NCBI GenBank assembly: GCA_013202385.1
Contig: JABMOT010000130.1
Span: forward strand, 1 to 63,829
Origin: Fidelibacterota bacterium
Lineage (GTDB): Bacteria; Fidelibacterota; UBA8477; JABMPR01
Reading direction: 5' to 3'
Length of the DNA stretch: 63,829 bases
Shown here one piece after another: positions 1 to 10,251 of this stretch. A program made the position numbers and the translations under genes. The notes below the pieces were generated by a model. It had not been told where the DNA came from. It made no database searches and saw nothing but the letters and a program-made list of their open reading frames with translations. Position 1 is the first letter of the stretch. Every line of letters starts with the position of its first letter.

Positions 1-1365
1 ATGCTATCCAGTAAGGGTGAAGTGATCTGGTCAGATCAGCCCTATCAGCTGGATTATTCGCCTGGAAATTTACAGATAAAAGGTCAGGTTCAATATTATA
101 AAGGAGCAGGCACCCTGCGCAAAGCCTATGAGTATGCCAGCCGCACATACTTCCCTCCTTCCGGTAAAATGCCCGATCCGCTCTTGTTTACCCGTCCCCA
201 GTACAATACCTGGATTGAGCTGATTTATGATCAAAACCAGAAGGATGTCCTGGGCTATGCAAAGGGTATCATCGCTAATGGCCTTCCTCCAGGTGTGCTC
301 ATGATTGATGACAATTGGCAGGAAGATTACGGCAAATGGAATTTCCACCAGGGACGTTTCCCTGATCCAAAGCAAATGATCGATGAACTTCACGCCATGG
401 GATTCAAAGTAATGGTCTGGGTCTGCCCCTTTGTAAGTCCCGATTGCGATGTTTACAGGGATCTGATGAGCAAGAAATACCTTGTTACCGACAAGACTGG
501 TGAGCCAGCTATTGTCCGCTGGTGGAACGGCGCCAGTGCCCTGCTGGATCTGACAAACCCGGATGCATTCGATTGGTTTAAATCACAGCTGGACAAATTG
601 ATAAATGAATATGGCGTTGATGGCTTCAAGCTTGATGCCGGGGATTTTGAATATTACCAAAATGTAAATTCTTTTAAACAAAACGCCACGCCAGAAGAAC
701 ATTCTGAATTATTTGGCAGGATCGGCCTATCCTATCCGCTCAATGAATATCGGGCAATGTGGAAAATGGGCGGTCAGCCCCTGGCAGAGCGCCTACGGGA
801 TAAGGGTCATAGTTTTGACGCCTTACAATTACTGGTGCCCAATATGTTAACTGCTGGACTTATGGGTTATTACTTTTCATGTCCAGATATGATTGGTGGC
901 GGCGAGTTTACGGCATTTTTGGATGATGCGATTCTGGACCAGGAACTGATCGTCCGCTCGGCCCAATGTCATGCACTCATGCCCATGATGCAATTCTCGG
1001 TAGCGCCCTGGCGGGTTTTGGATGAACGGCATTTTTTAGCCGTCAAAAAGTCGGTAGAGATTCGGGAAAAATATAGGGATTATATCCTTGAACTAGCTCT
1101 CAAAGCCGCCAAAACAGGGGAACCAATCATGAAACCCATGGAATTTAATTATCCTGATCAGGGCTATGCCTTGATTGTTGACCAGTTTTTATTAGGTGAC
1201 CAGTTACTTGTGGCCCCTGTTCTGATTAAAGGTGCTGCTTTGAGAAAGGTGGTAATCCCCAAAGGGCGGTGGAAAAGTTTTAATGGACAAATAATCGTTG
1301 GGCCAAAAACTGTTGATATACCCATTGGTCTGGGCGATTTACCTTATTTTGAATTAATAAAGTAA
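1..1365 (+). CDS. Glycoside hydrolase family 31-like protein (possibly missing its N-terminus at the window edge)
   Basis: 454-aa ORF beginning at base 1. It carries GH31-type motifs (NTWIEL, MIDDNWQEDYG, VDGFKLDAGD nucleophile region, PDMIGGGEF). The ATG at base 1 may be an artefact of the window edge. Confidence 0.7.
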   Translation: MLSSKGEVIWSDQPYQLDYSPGNLQIKGQVQYYKGAGTLRKAYEYASRTYFPPSGKMPDPLLFTRPQYNTWIELIYDQNQKDVLGYAKGIIANGLPPGVLMIDDNWQEDYGKWNFHQGRFPDPKQMIDELHAMGFKVMVWVCPFVSPDCDVYRDLMSKKYLVTDKTGEPAIVRWWNGASALLDLTNPDAFDWFKSQLDKLINEYGVDGFKLDAGDFEYYQNVNSFKQNATPEEHSELFGRIGLSYPLNEYRAMWKMGGQPLAERLRDKGHSFDALQLLVPNMLTAGLMGYYFSCPDMIGGGEFTAFLDDAILDQELIVRSAQCHALMPMMQFSVAPWRVLDERHFLAVKKSVEIREKYRDYILELALKAAKTGEPIMKPMEFNYPDQGYALIVDQFLLGDQLLVAPVLIKGAALRKVVIPKGRWKSFNGQIIVGPKTVDIPIGLGDLPYFELIK

Positions 1366-1421
1366 GGAGTGTGGCCTCACTCTGCCTGGGTTTGGCAAGC
1401 TTCGGAAATGGGGATGAATGA

Positions 1422-1793
1422 ATGAAAAATAAAAATATGCTCAGGTCCCTTCTGCTTCTGCTTATTTCAACTTTCGGGATTGTGGTTTGTTTTGAAGCCT
1501 GCGATAAACCCGTTGGTGATATCGAAACAGGGTATTTGAGGGTGAAGGTGACCGATAATGATATATTGGGTACCCCCGTTCCAGATGTGGAAATCCATGT
1601 CAGCCCTGGAAATCTAACAGAAACGACCGATTCCAATGGAGTATGCGAGTTTTCACTTGATCCTGGAGAATACAATGTAATCGCTGATATTTGCTGTGTT
1701 GGACCGTCGAACATTCACTATGATGAAGCAGTCACAGTTACACAGACAGATACTACACAAATAACCTTAGGTGCGTGTCTACAATGTCTATAG
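1422..1793 (+). CDS. Small lipoprotein with a carboxypeptidase-regulatory-like beta-sandwich
   Basis: N-terminal signal peptide ending in a lipobox-like VVCFEAC. The segment LRVKVTD..GTPVPDVEIHV..TDSNGVCEF resembles the CarboxypepD_reg fold. Confidence 0.5.
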   Translation: MKNKNMLRSLLLLLISTFGIVVCFEACDKPVGDIETGYLRVKVTDNDILGTPVPDVEIHVSPGNLTETTDSNGVCEFSLDPGEYNVIADICCVGPSNIHYDEAVTVTQTDTTQITLGACLQCL

Positions 1794-1948
1794 ACATTAA
1801 CGGAAAAAACGAATCCAGGTGTCCAGAATTGAAAAATGTGAAAAAGCTTAAAATGAGTAGGATTATTGTAAAGAACCGGATTGCTAGCCCGGTTAGGCTA
1901 TTTTCCCTAGCCAATGTAACCGTGCTATAATTCGAAAGGGATCACTAC

Positions 1949-2614
1949 GTGATGATTGAGGAAAATGTATTCGAGAGACGAGAAACCACTGATGCAATCA
2001 TTAGTGATGCAAAATATAATCTGACCATCGGAGCTGATTTACTATGGGGGTTTCTGGTTAACTGGGTTCTGGTAATCAGTATCGATCCAGCTTTGCTAAT
2101 AAATATTAACAAGTTTGTATTCCTGGCTCTCTATTTTGGTTCAGCCTTCTATGGAATACATCTCTTTACCAAATCAGATGATCCGCTGACCAGTTTTATC
2201 GGTTATAATTTTGTCGTTGTACCCTTTGGCCTTATTGTCAATATGGTCGTCTCCCAATACAGTACAGAAATTGTCCTGGAAGCCATACAGATCACCGGGG
2301 GTGTCACCCTGCTCATGATGCTAATGGGATCACTATATCCTGATTTTTTTAAAAAGATCAGTGGCGCACTCACGGCTGCCCTGATAGCGGTATTAATCGT
2401 GGAAATGTTTCAATTATTCGTTTTGGGGATTCATCATAACTGGATTGATTGGGCTGTGGCGGCCATTTTCTGTGGCTATATCGGCTATGATTGGGGCAGA
2501 GCCAACCAGATCCCAAAAACTCTGGATAATGCCGTAGACAGCGCAGCAGCTTTATATATGGATATTATCAATCTATTCCTCAGAATCTTAAGGATACTGG
2601 GACGCAGGAGATAA
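1949..2614 (+). CDS. Bax inhibitor-1/YccA family membrane protein
   Basis: Multi-TM 221-aa ORF with a GTG start. The C-terminal signature AAALYMDIINLFLRILRILG plus a basic tail is typical of the BI-1/YccA family. Confidence 0.65.
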   Translation: MMIEENVFERRETTDAIISDAKYNLTIGADLLWGFLVNWVLVISIDPALLININKFVFLALYFGSAFYGIHLFTKSDDPLTSFIGYNFVVVPFGLIVNMVVSQYSTEIVLEAIQITGGVTLLMMLMGSLYPDFFKKISGALTAALIAVLIVEMFQLFVLGIHHNWIDWAVAAIFCGYIGYDWGRANQIPKTLDNAVDSAAALYMDIINLFLRILRILGRRR

Positions 2615-2705
2615 TTCTGGCGGCGAACACGCTTAAATCCTCACTCGGAATGCTTTTTGCAGCGCAGTTTTTACTCGATAACAAATCAAGCTTGGGGGTT
2701 AATCA

Positions 2706-3050
2706 ATGTTAAAACACAAATTATTTGTTCCTGCAAGTACCTTTCTATCCGGTCTCATTCTCTGGATCATTTTCCTGCTCCTCCCTACGACCAATACTGG
2801 GGGATTTAACTGGATTGGAATCCTATTCTGCTTAGGGGTTGCAGGACTCTTCACCTACTCGGCAATCCGCTGTCGCCGGGCTACCGGTGGTCGTACCGGA
2901 AATAGAGTCCGTGCTGGAGTGCTCAGCTTCATGGCAATCATTACATTCTTTAAAATCGGATTTTACACAGCAGTAATTCTGGCCTTCGCAGCTGTGATTA
3001 TCGGAATCATGGCCTTTAATGGCACTGATTTCACTAAAAATACTCCTTAA
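2706..3050 (+). CDS. Hypothetical small membrane protein
   Basis: 114-aa ORF with 3-4 hydrophobic helices and a GGGGG-type RBS upstream. No recognisable family. Confidence 0.4.
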   Translation: MLKHKLFVPASTFLSGLILWIIFLLLPTTNTGGFNWIGILFCLGVAGLFTYSAIRCRRATGGRTGNRVRAGVLSFMAIITFFKIGFYTAVILAFAAVIIGIMAFNGTDFTKNTP

Positions 3051-3261
3051 TTGCCTGAATATTTTCGTGTGGATTGAGTGGAAACAAGGTGCAGAAGCCA
3101 ATATTTTCTTAGAGACCATGAATTATATTTTGCTGAATTCATGAAAATCTCAACCCAGCAAAAGTATGATGGCTTGAGCCATATTAATAAGTTGATATTC
3201 AATCCGATAATAGATTTTAAAAACTGATCATATAAACCTCAATCAGATTCAGGAGAAAACT

Positions 3262-3699
3262 TTGACGAATTACAAACACAGTCAGCGAGGGATATTATTA
3301 CCCTATGTACTATCCTTTGCTGCGCTCATCTCCATAGCCATGTTGCTGCTCATGCCTGCGGAGTCTGCTATGCTAGGAGTAAGCGTGTTGCTGCTGGTCC
3401 TCTTGATTTGTCTCTACCTCTTCAGGTCACTCACCGTTGAGATCACTTCAGATCGACTCACTGTATGGTTCGGATCTGGGTTGATTCGCAAATCCATCCC
3501 CTTGGAAGACATCATAGATGCTCGCATTGTGCGAAATCCCTGGTTTTACGGCTGGGGAATCCGCTTTATCCCTCACGGCTGGATGTTCAACGTCTCAGGA
3601 TTTGACGCCGTTGAACTGGAATTAAAAAACAAACGTAAGTTTCGCGTTGGAAGTGATGAAGCTAACGAGTTAGTGACGGCACTGCGACGGCGAATTTAA
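3262..3699 (+). CDS. Hypothetical membrane protein with a bacterial PH-like C-terminal region
   Basis: TTG start 6 nt downstream of AGGAGA. Two N-terminal TM helices are followed by a soluble segment (LTVEITSDRLTVWFGSG..KFRVGSDEANELV). Confidence 0.45.
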   Translation: MTNYKHSQRGILLPYVLSFAALISIAMLLLMPAESAMLGVSVLLLVLLICLYLFRSLTVEITSDRLTVWFGSGLIRKSIPLEDIIDARIVRNPWFYGWGIRFIPHGWMFNVSGFDAVELELKNKRKFRVGSDEANELVTALRRRI

Positions 3700-4113
3700 C
3701 GGATCAGCAAACCCTGGTCTTGGAGCCAAAAAAGATGTGCTGGGAAAATTAATAAACCTATCCAGGTTATTATCTGCCTGATCTGTGCCTGGGGACTAGC
3801 AATTGCTCAAAGCGGGAGGATACACAATTACAGCGTACTTTATCGGTTATCGAACTCAAGAAAAAGAGGGAAATTTCTGATTAAAAAGATTCTGTGATAC
3901 TCCTGGATTTCCTTTTGGAAATCGAATGCCGTTGTGACAAAGGCCTTGTAGCCCTTTAAAAGACATTTTGAATCGCAGGCTTAAGTCGGCGTTATGGAAG
4001 CGTTATGGGCTAGCCCAAGCAAACACCCAATTTGATTCTCGGTATTGAGATGAAGACTCTATATTCCTCCCCATGCCACTAAATATAAAATTTACAAATT
4101 GGAGTCATCCCGA

Positions 4114-7100
4114 ATGAAACGCCATTTATTATTATCAGCCACTACAATTGCCGTTCTGGCTTTTTTCATAATCAACCTCAATTCCCAGCGAAATCGAGAC
4201 AGCGTCAATCCCAAATTGCGTTACGATCTCAGTACTGCTGCTGGACAAATGGCCTATCATTTTGACCAAAAGGTTGCCAGACGAGCCCAAGGCGAACCGG
4301 GGCCAAATAAATACGATAACCCGGACCAGGCTATGGCAATGGAAGTGGCGGATCGTTCTGAAGTGGGACAACCCTATTCCTATACTGGGTCTTATCGATT
4401 CAGGGCTTTGCGGGATGCTCAAGCAACTTTACCTAACCATTCAAGAGAGCTGCTACCCTGGGTCGAACGGGGTCCCGGAAATGTTGGCGGTCGGACCCGG
4501 GCGCTTCTGGTTCATCCAGACTCCAATTCAGTGTGGCTGGCAGGGGCTGTTGGTGGTGGTATCTGGAAAACAGAAAATGCCGGTCTCAATTGGCGCTCAG
4601 TTTCAGACGATTTACCCATTTTATCAATAACTGCACTGGCACGCTGTGATAGCCTGCCGGATTTTGTTTACGCGGGCACCGGAGAAGGCTTCTATAACGG
4701 TGATGCTATCATCGGTGACGGTCTGTTCAAATCCCTGAATGCAGGTGAATCCTGGCAACAGATACTCAGTACCGTTGACATCAGCGCATTTAAATATGTA
4801 AATCGCATCATCGTGTCGCCCATTAATCCAGATCTGATTGTTGTGGCCTGTAATTCCGGCATTCAACGTTCCGATGACGCTGGCGAGACATGGACTGAAG
4901 TGTACGATTCCGGATCAAGAGTACAGCAGATTATTGCCAATCCACAGAATTTTCAAACCCAATTCGCTGCCGTTAATGGAACCGGGATCATCAAATCTGA
5001 AGACGGTGGTCAAAGCTGGTTTTCCAGCAGCAATTTCCCCTCGGGTTTTGGGCGAATCGAGATGGCCATGGCACCTTCGGACACATCAATGGTTTATGGT
5101 GCATTGACAAATAGCAGTAGTGGTCTGTTTGGATTATTCCGATCCGGCGATGCAGGTGCCAGTTGGGCAAATCTTGGAAATTCCCCAAACTGGTTGGGTA
5201 CACAGGGTTGGTACGATAACACTATTGTCGTTTCACCCCGTGATGAAAATGAACTCGTTGTTGGTGGTCTTAATCTTTATCGGGTAACGGCCAGCGCAAA
5301 CGCCATGTCAGCAAATCGGATAAGCAATTGGTACCCTGGTACCAACTACCCCTATGTTCATGCCGATCAGCACATGCTGGTCACGATTCCCCAAGGTGGC
5401 GGTTCTTACGCCCTTGTGGCAACAAACGATGGTGGTGTGTTTTATTCGTCAGACAATGGCAATACCTGGGATGACCGCATTAATGGCTACAACGTCACCC
5501 AGTTTTATGATGCCGATAAGCACCCTGTCTTCAACAGTTTCATTGGCGGGACCCAAGATAATGGCACAAACCTTTCGCCTCAAAATTCTGGGTCAAATGA
5601 TGGTTGGGATGAAGTTATCGGTGGTGACGGCTTTGAGTGTGCCTGGAATAAGGTTGATGGGAATATCGTCTATGGTTCGCTTTATTATTCACGACTTTTT
5701 AAAAGTTTTGATGGTGGGCAGAATTTTCAATCACTTGGCAATGGATTGCCAGAGAGTGGCATATTCTACACAAGTCTGGCAATGGCTCCACAAAATCCCG
5801 ATGTGCTACTGGTTGTCGGTAACGGAGATTTGCTTTTCCGCACATCAAATGGTGGGGATTCCTGGGAAGCGGTTAGCGGTGATTTCACCAGTTCACAGAA
5901 GAAGATCGAATTCTCCTCAGCAAACTCTGATATTGTCTGGGCCACATCGCTGAGTTCAGGAATAAATGTTTCCACAGATAATGGCCATCAATTTAATGTT
6001 GTAACAAGGCCACCTGACTCTCCAAATTCAAGCGTTTTGGGTATCGGGACTGACCCTGTCCTGGATAGCACCGCTTTTGTTACGTTTGGCGTCAGTGGTT
6101 TTCCAAAAATTTTTAGGACAGACGATTTAGGTCTGACCTGGATAGATCTGACCAGCAACTTACCGAATATCCCCGTTTACGATTTAATCGTCATGCCCTT
6201 TGATAGTTCAAGATTCTGGATCGGAACGGATATTGGTCTGTTCGAGTCTCTCGATGCTGGAATAACCTGGGAATATGCCTCTAACGGTATCCCGGCAGTC
6301 TCCATTCGAAAATTAAAAATTGTGGGTCAGGAAATTGTCGCTGCAACACATGGGAGAGGCATTTGGAGCGTCCATCTCGATGAATTACCGCTGTTGGAAG
6401 TTCCGACAATTCCCCCACTCCTCTCCAAATTGCTTCCACCACCACCTAATTCACCGACCCTGTCCATTCGTTTCAGTACCCGGAGTGACCACGATTCAAT
6501 TGAAGTGATTATCAATGATGTGATTACAGATCACATAGGCTCAAGCACTGCTTACACCGCATTTACCACGAGCTATACTGGCTTTTATGGAGAAGTCGTA
6601 GAGGTTCATATTGTTGGTTACACTGGAGGTGTCGCATATCTCAGCGATCTTCATTCTATGTCCCTTATAGCCCCAGTGACCAGATATGTAGAAACTTTTG
6701 ACAGTACTGTGGTCAATATGGTTGGTGAATTAATTGTTGGACCGGCGCCTGGCTTTGACTCCAACTTACTCCAGACTTATCATCCCTACTCATCTGGCTT
6801 GGACTATTTCAGCTACGTTGGACCTCCTGTCATCATCGACCACAGCTCAATTCTGATCTACACTGATGTGGCCTTGGTTGAACCTGGCGAGCCGGGTTCG
6901 GCTTATCCCCAAGATGAAATGTGGGATTTTGTCACTGTTGAAGGTTCGCTGGATGGCATTAACTGGGATGTTTTAATCGTACCCTATGATTGCAGATACG
7001 ACAATAATTGGACGCAACAATATGAGGCAGAAATTGACCCGACTCAACAGATGCTGAGATCCCACAGCATTAATTTGTTCGAGACCTATGCACCCGATGA

Positions 7101-7503
7101 TACTGTGAGTCTGCGCTTTCGCCTGTTCGCTGATGGGGCGGTAACTGGTTGGGGTTGGGCCATTGATAACTTTGCCATCGTTTCCACAAGCTCACTTTCC
7201 GATGTGGCTGAGCTGCCTCTGGAATTCAGTCTGCTCCCCAATTATCCAAATCCATTTAACGCCAGTACCACGATTCCCTTTACGGTTGGTAGCAGTGGCA
7301 AAGTGAGCCTGCAGATTTATGATATGCTTGGCAGGGAGATAAAGACTCTGATAAATGATCATTCCATGGTAGCCGGTCAAAACTATTCCACAAATTGGAA
7401 TGGTCTGAATGATCAGGGACGCGTGGTAGCGTCTGGTCTATATTTACTTCGTATGGATTATGAGGGCGGCAGTTTTTCCAGGAAACTCATGCTGCTTAAA
7501 TAG
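4114..7503 (+). CDS. Secreted BNR/Asp-box (sortilin/VPS10-like) beta-propeller protein with a T9SS-type C-terminal sorting domain
   Basis: About ten SxDxGxTW-type Asp-boxes (SLNAGESW, SDDAGETW, SEDGGQSW, SGDAGASW, SSDNGNTW, TSNGGDSW, TDDLGLTW, SLDAGITW and others). Signal peptide starts from the ATG at 4114; the ORF track starts at a TTG at 4099. The C-terminus is LLPNYPNPFNASTTIPF...LMLLK. Confidence 0.8.
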   Translation: MKRHLLLSATTIAVLAFFIINLNSQRNRDSVNPKLRYDLSTAAGQMAYHFDQKVARRAQGEPGPNKYDNPDQAMAMEVADRSEVGQPYSYTGSYRFRALRDAQATLPNHSRELLPWVERGPGNVGGRTRALLVHPDSNSVWLAGAVGGGIWKTENAGLNWRSVSDDLPILSITALARCDSLPDFVYAGTGEGFYNGDAIIGDGLFKSLNAGESWQQILSTVDISAFKYVNRIIVSPINPDLIVVACNSGIQRSDDAGETWTEVYDSGSRVQQIIANPQNFQTQFAAVNGTGIIKSEDGGQSWFSSSNFPSGFGRIEMAMAPSDTSMVYGALTNSSSGLFGLFRSGDAGASWANLGNSPNWLGTQGWYDNTIVVSPRDENELVVGGLNLYRVTASANAMSANRISNWYPGTNYPYVHADQHMLVTIPQGGGSYALVATNDGGVFYSSDNGNTWDDRINGYNVTQFYDADKHPVFNSFIGGTQDNGTNLSPQNSGSNDGWDEVIGGDGFECAWNKVDGNIVYGSLYYSRLFKSFDGGQNFQSLGNGLPESGIFYTSLAMAPQNPDVLLVVGNGDLLFRTSNGGDSWEAVSGDFTSSQKKIEFSSANSDIVWATSLSSGINVSTDNGHQFNVVTRPPDSPNSSVLGIGTDPVLDSTAFVTFGVSGFPKIFRTDDLGLTWIDLTSNLPNIPVYDLIVMPFDSSRFWIGTDIGLFESLDAGITWEYASNGIPAVSIRKLKIVGQEIVAATHGRGIWSVHLDELPLLEVPTIPPLLSKLLPPPPNSPTLSIRFSTRSDHDSIEVIINDVITDHIGSSTAYTAFTTSYTGFYGEVVEVHIVGYTGGVAYLSDLHSMSLIAPVTRYVETFDSTVVNMVGELIVGPAPGFDSNLLQTYHPYSSGLDYFSYVGPPVIIDHSSILIYTDVALVEPGEPGSAYPQDEMWDFVTVEGSLDGINWDVLIVPYDCRYDNNWTQQYEAEIDPTQQMLRSHSINLFETYAPDDTVSLRFRLFADGAVTGWGWAIDNFAIVSTSSLSDVAELPLEFSLLPNYPNPFNASTTIPFTVGSSGKVSLQIYDMLGREIKTLINDHSMVAGQNYSTNWNGLNDQGRVVASGLYLLRMDYEGGSFSRKLMLLK

Positions 7504-7636
7504 GGATACTGTAGAAATTATTAATCCAATATGGTCAGTATTAACAGTCCTCAAAGTGGCCCATTCGCAACAGTCTCCTGATTGATGGCGATTCCAGATA
7601 TGTTTTTAATTGCTTTATTTTAAGTGTGAGCAATAA

Positions 7637-9148
7637 ATGGGAAGCGTAAAATCGGTGAAATCTATACTTCTTAGTCCTTTGGTTTTGATGCTACTGACAT
7701 CTTGTGCATTCATTTCACCACCAGAAACAAATGCGACCCTGGGAACCGATACACATTTATGGTACCAGGATAGCAGCTTGCAAAATCTGATAGCTGAAAA
7801 TACCAGTTCTTCTCTGAGGGCTGGCAATCACGTTCGCTTGCTTGTAAATGGTGGAGCCAGCTTTGCCCGGCGATATGAAAATATGGCGTCTGCAAACTTT
7901 ATCTTCGTAAAAACCTTCTTATTCACAGATGATGAAGCGGGTCGTCAGATGGCAGCAGCGTTATCTGAGAGGGCCATGGCGGGCATTCCTGTGGTTCTGC
8001 AATACGATGTTAAGGGCTCAATCGAATCCCCTGCAGTTGTCGCTGACATGCTTACCCAGGCCAATACCGAACTTCCCTTTGGCGAAAAGCGTATCATTCA
8101 TGAAATGCGTGAGGCTGGTGTGGTTATCATTCCAACCAACTCCCCAAGTCGCCCCTATGAATTGGCTGAGTGGGCTGAAAATATTGAGAGATTGTTCCAA
8201 AACCCAGTTGCTGCACTGAAGCGTTCTGGAGAATCACTTATTCTGTACGATTATTGCGACCATGAAAAGTTCTTTATTACCGGCCACGAAAGTGGTGAAA
8301 TCCGCGCCATCGTCGGTGGTATGAATATCGCCAGCGAATACGCATTGGGAGGCAGAGCCAGTCGGAGAGACACATTAAGTGGCAAGGTTGGCTGGCATGA
8401 TGTAGATGTGGAAATAGCGGGACCAGCCGCAGCTGATATCTACGAGGAATTCCTGAAAGATATGAATATGCAAACTGGACGCGAACTCCCTCCCAATCTT
8501 ATGGAAATGTCAGGTGAGATTAACAATATAACTCACACAAGACCGGAGAATGCCTCAGTCAGGTTTGTAGTGCAACATCCCCTCGCTGAGCGTAACCGCC
8601 ATGTTGAAGACCTGTATCAAATCCTCATGCGGAGTACCCCTGCACAAGAACCCATTTTTATTGCTACGGCATACTTTGCACCCTCGAAACGAATCCGAGA
8701 GTCAATCATTGAACACGCACAACTCGGTGGTGAAGTGATTGTTTTGACGAATTCCCTGGAATCAAACAATCATCCTATTTTATCCGTAGCGGCAAATTTC
8801 GCCGCACTTGAAATAATGGAGGCTACAGCTAATTTCCAGCTTTATGAGTGGATACCCAGACCGGACGATGGCGAAGAAACCATGCATCAGAAACTTGCCT
8901 CATTCGGAACAAATGGACCTGTGATCGTTGGTTCCTTTAACCTGGATGCCCAAAGCGCGGTTCATAATACTGAATCCGTGGTTCTTATCGACGAACCTGG
9001 ATTCAGGGATAGCATTGATTTGTTAACCCGGCACTATTTAAGCCCGATCTGTTCAAACCGCATTTTGAGAGCGGATCTTGAAACAAAACCAATGCTGAAT
9101 CGGATCCACTCTTTCCTCACCCATGAGCTGGCCTGGTACTGGCTATAA
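7637..9148 (+). CDS. Phospholipase D / cardiolipin synthase-family lipoprotein (two HKD-like motifs)
   Basis: Lipoprotein-type signal (LMLLTSCAF). Two HxK...G(G/S)xN motifs are present: HEKFFITG...VGGMNIASEY and HQKLASFG...VGSFNLDAQS. Confidence 0.7.
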   Translation: MGSVKSVKSILLSPLVLMLLTSCAFISPPETNATLGTDTHLWYQDSSLQNLIAENTSSSLRAGNHVRLLVNGGASFARRYENMASANFIFVKTFLFTDDEAGRQMAAALSERAMAGIPVVLQYDVKGSIESPAVVADMLTQANTELPFGEKRIIHEMREAGVVIIPTNSPSRPYELAEWAENIERLFQNPVAALKRSGESLILYDYCDHEKFFITGHESGEIRAIVGGMNIASEYALGGRASRRDTLSGKVGWHDVDVEIAGPAAADIYEEFLKDMNMQTGRELPPNLMEMSGEINNITHTRPENASVRFVVQHPLAERNRHVEDLYQILMRSTPAQEPIFIATAYFAPSKRIRESIIEHAQLGGEVIVLTNSLESNNHPILSVAANFAALEIMEATANFQLYEWIPRPDDGEETMHQKLASFGTNGPVIVGSFNLDAQSAVHNTESVVLIDEPGFRDSIDLLTRHYLSPICSNRILRADLETKPMLNRIHSFLTHELAWYWL

Positions 9149-9249
9149 TTCTCGTTACGTAATACCCGTTATCTATTGACACACAGATAGTTGGAAGTTA
9201 TTTCCAAAGTATTTTTGCGTTGTAGGAAGGTCTGTACAAATTGATATTT

Positions 9250-10251
9250 TCAGGAATCTGCTAAGGTATTCAACCTTTCGATGGCTTCATTGAGTTTGGC
9301 GATGACTGTAGGACGATCATCTGGAATCAAATCTTTCATATTGATATTCAGGGAGAAGCCACACAGCGATTCATTTAATTTATCTGGAGTATTGTCAGCC
9401 TTCCCTTCCAACTGAACCTCATATACTTCTACGACCCTATCAAAGCCTTTGACCTGAATGGAATCTTTCTTTATGCAGGGGATATCCTCTCTAACCAGAT
9501 TCCAGGTGTCATGAGAAATTTGGATACTCCCAGGGGTAGCGTTCGACTCCAAGCGACTTGCCAGATTCACCCGATTACCAATAATGGTATAATCCATTCG
9601 CTCTTCACTTCCAAAATTCCCCACCGTGCAATAGCCAGTGGTGATCCCCATGCGGACTTGAAAATTTTGCGCGATTCCCTTCGGAGCCCAGATCTTTTCA
9701 AGATCGCCAATAGCTGCCTGCATATCAATGGCCATTTGAACGCAGGATCTTGCATCTTCACCAATGCCTTTGGTTTCTGGATCTCCAAAAAAGACCAGAA
9801 TCGCATCCCCAATGAATTTGTCAAGCGTGCCACCGTATTTGAGGACGATTTGAGCCATTTTGTCCAGATAGGTGTTAAGCAAGTATGTCAGATCCTCAGG
9901 TTCCATTTCATCAGTTTGACTGGTGAATCCTACAATATCTGAAAAGAAAATGGTCAATTTTTTGCGATTGGTTTCAAGTCGAACATCCCGCGCCCCTGTA
10001 AATATTGAGGAATAGACTTGCGGAGAAAGATATTTTGCCAGTTTTTTAGCCAGGACTTCCAATTCATCATTCTTGCTGCGAACGAGAGCTTCTTGAGCTT
10101 CGATTTCTTTATTTAGGGTGATAAAGAGAGAAGAGTTTCGATCCCACATGGTTTCAAGCGCAATCCGATTTGCTTCAGAACGAGCCAGCTTCTTGCTTAA
10201 AAAGCGAATTTCCTTTTCAAGCTTGGCAATATCTGGAGGGGATTCGCTCAA
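9250..10251 (-). CDS. Class III adenylate/guanylate cyclase with an N-terminal coiled coil
   Basis: Catalytic-domain motifs LTIFFSDIVGFTS, GGTLDKFIGDAILVFFGDP and GNRVNLASRLES. The TTG start overlaps the upstream stop by 4 nt (TTGA). Confidence 0.85.
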   Translation of the reverse strand: MSESPPDIAKLEKEIRFLSKKLARSEANRIALETMWDRNSSLFITLNKEIEAQEALVRSKNDELEVLAKKLAKYLSPQVYSSIFTGARDVRLETNRKKLTIFFSDIVGFTSQTDEMEPEDLTYLLNTYLDKMAQIVLKYGGTLDKFIGDAILVFFGDPETKGIGEDARSCVQMAIDMQAAIGDLEKIWAPKGIAQNFQVRMGITTGYCTVGNFGSEERMDYTIIGNRVNLASRLESNATPGSIQISHDTWNLVREDIPCIKKDSIQVKGFDRVVEVYEVQLEGKADNTPDKLNESLCGFSLNINMKDLIPDDRPTVIAKLNEAIERLNTLADS

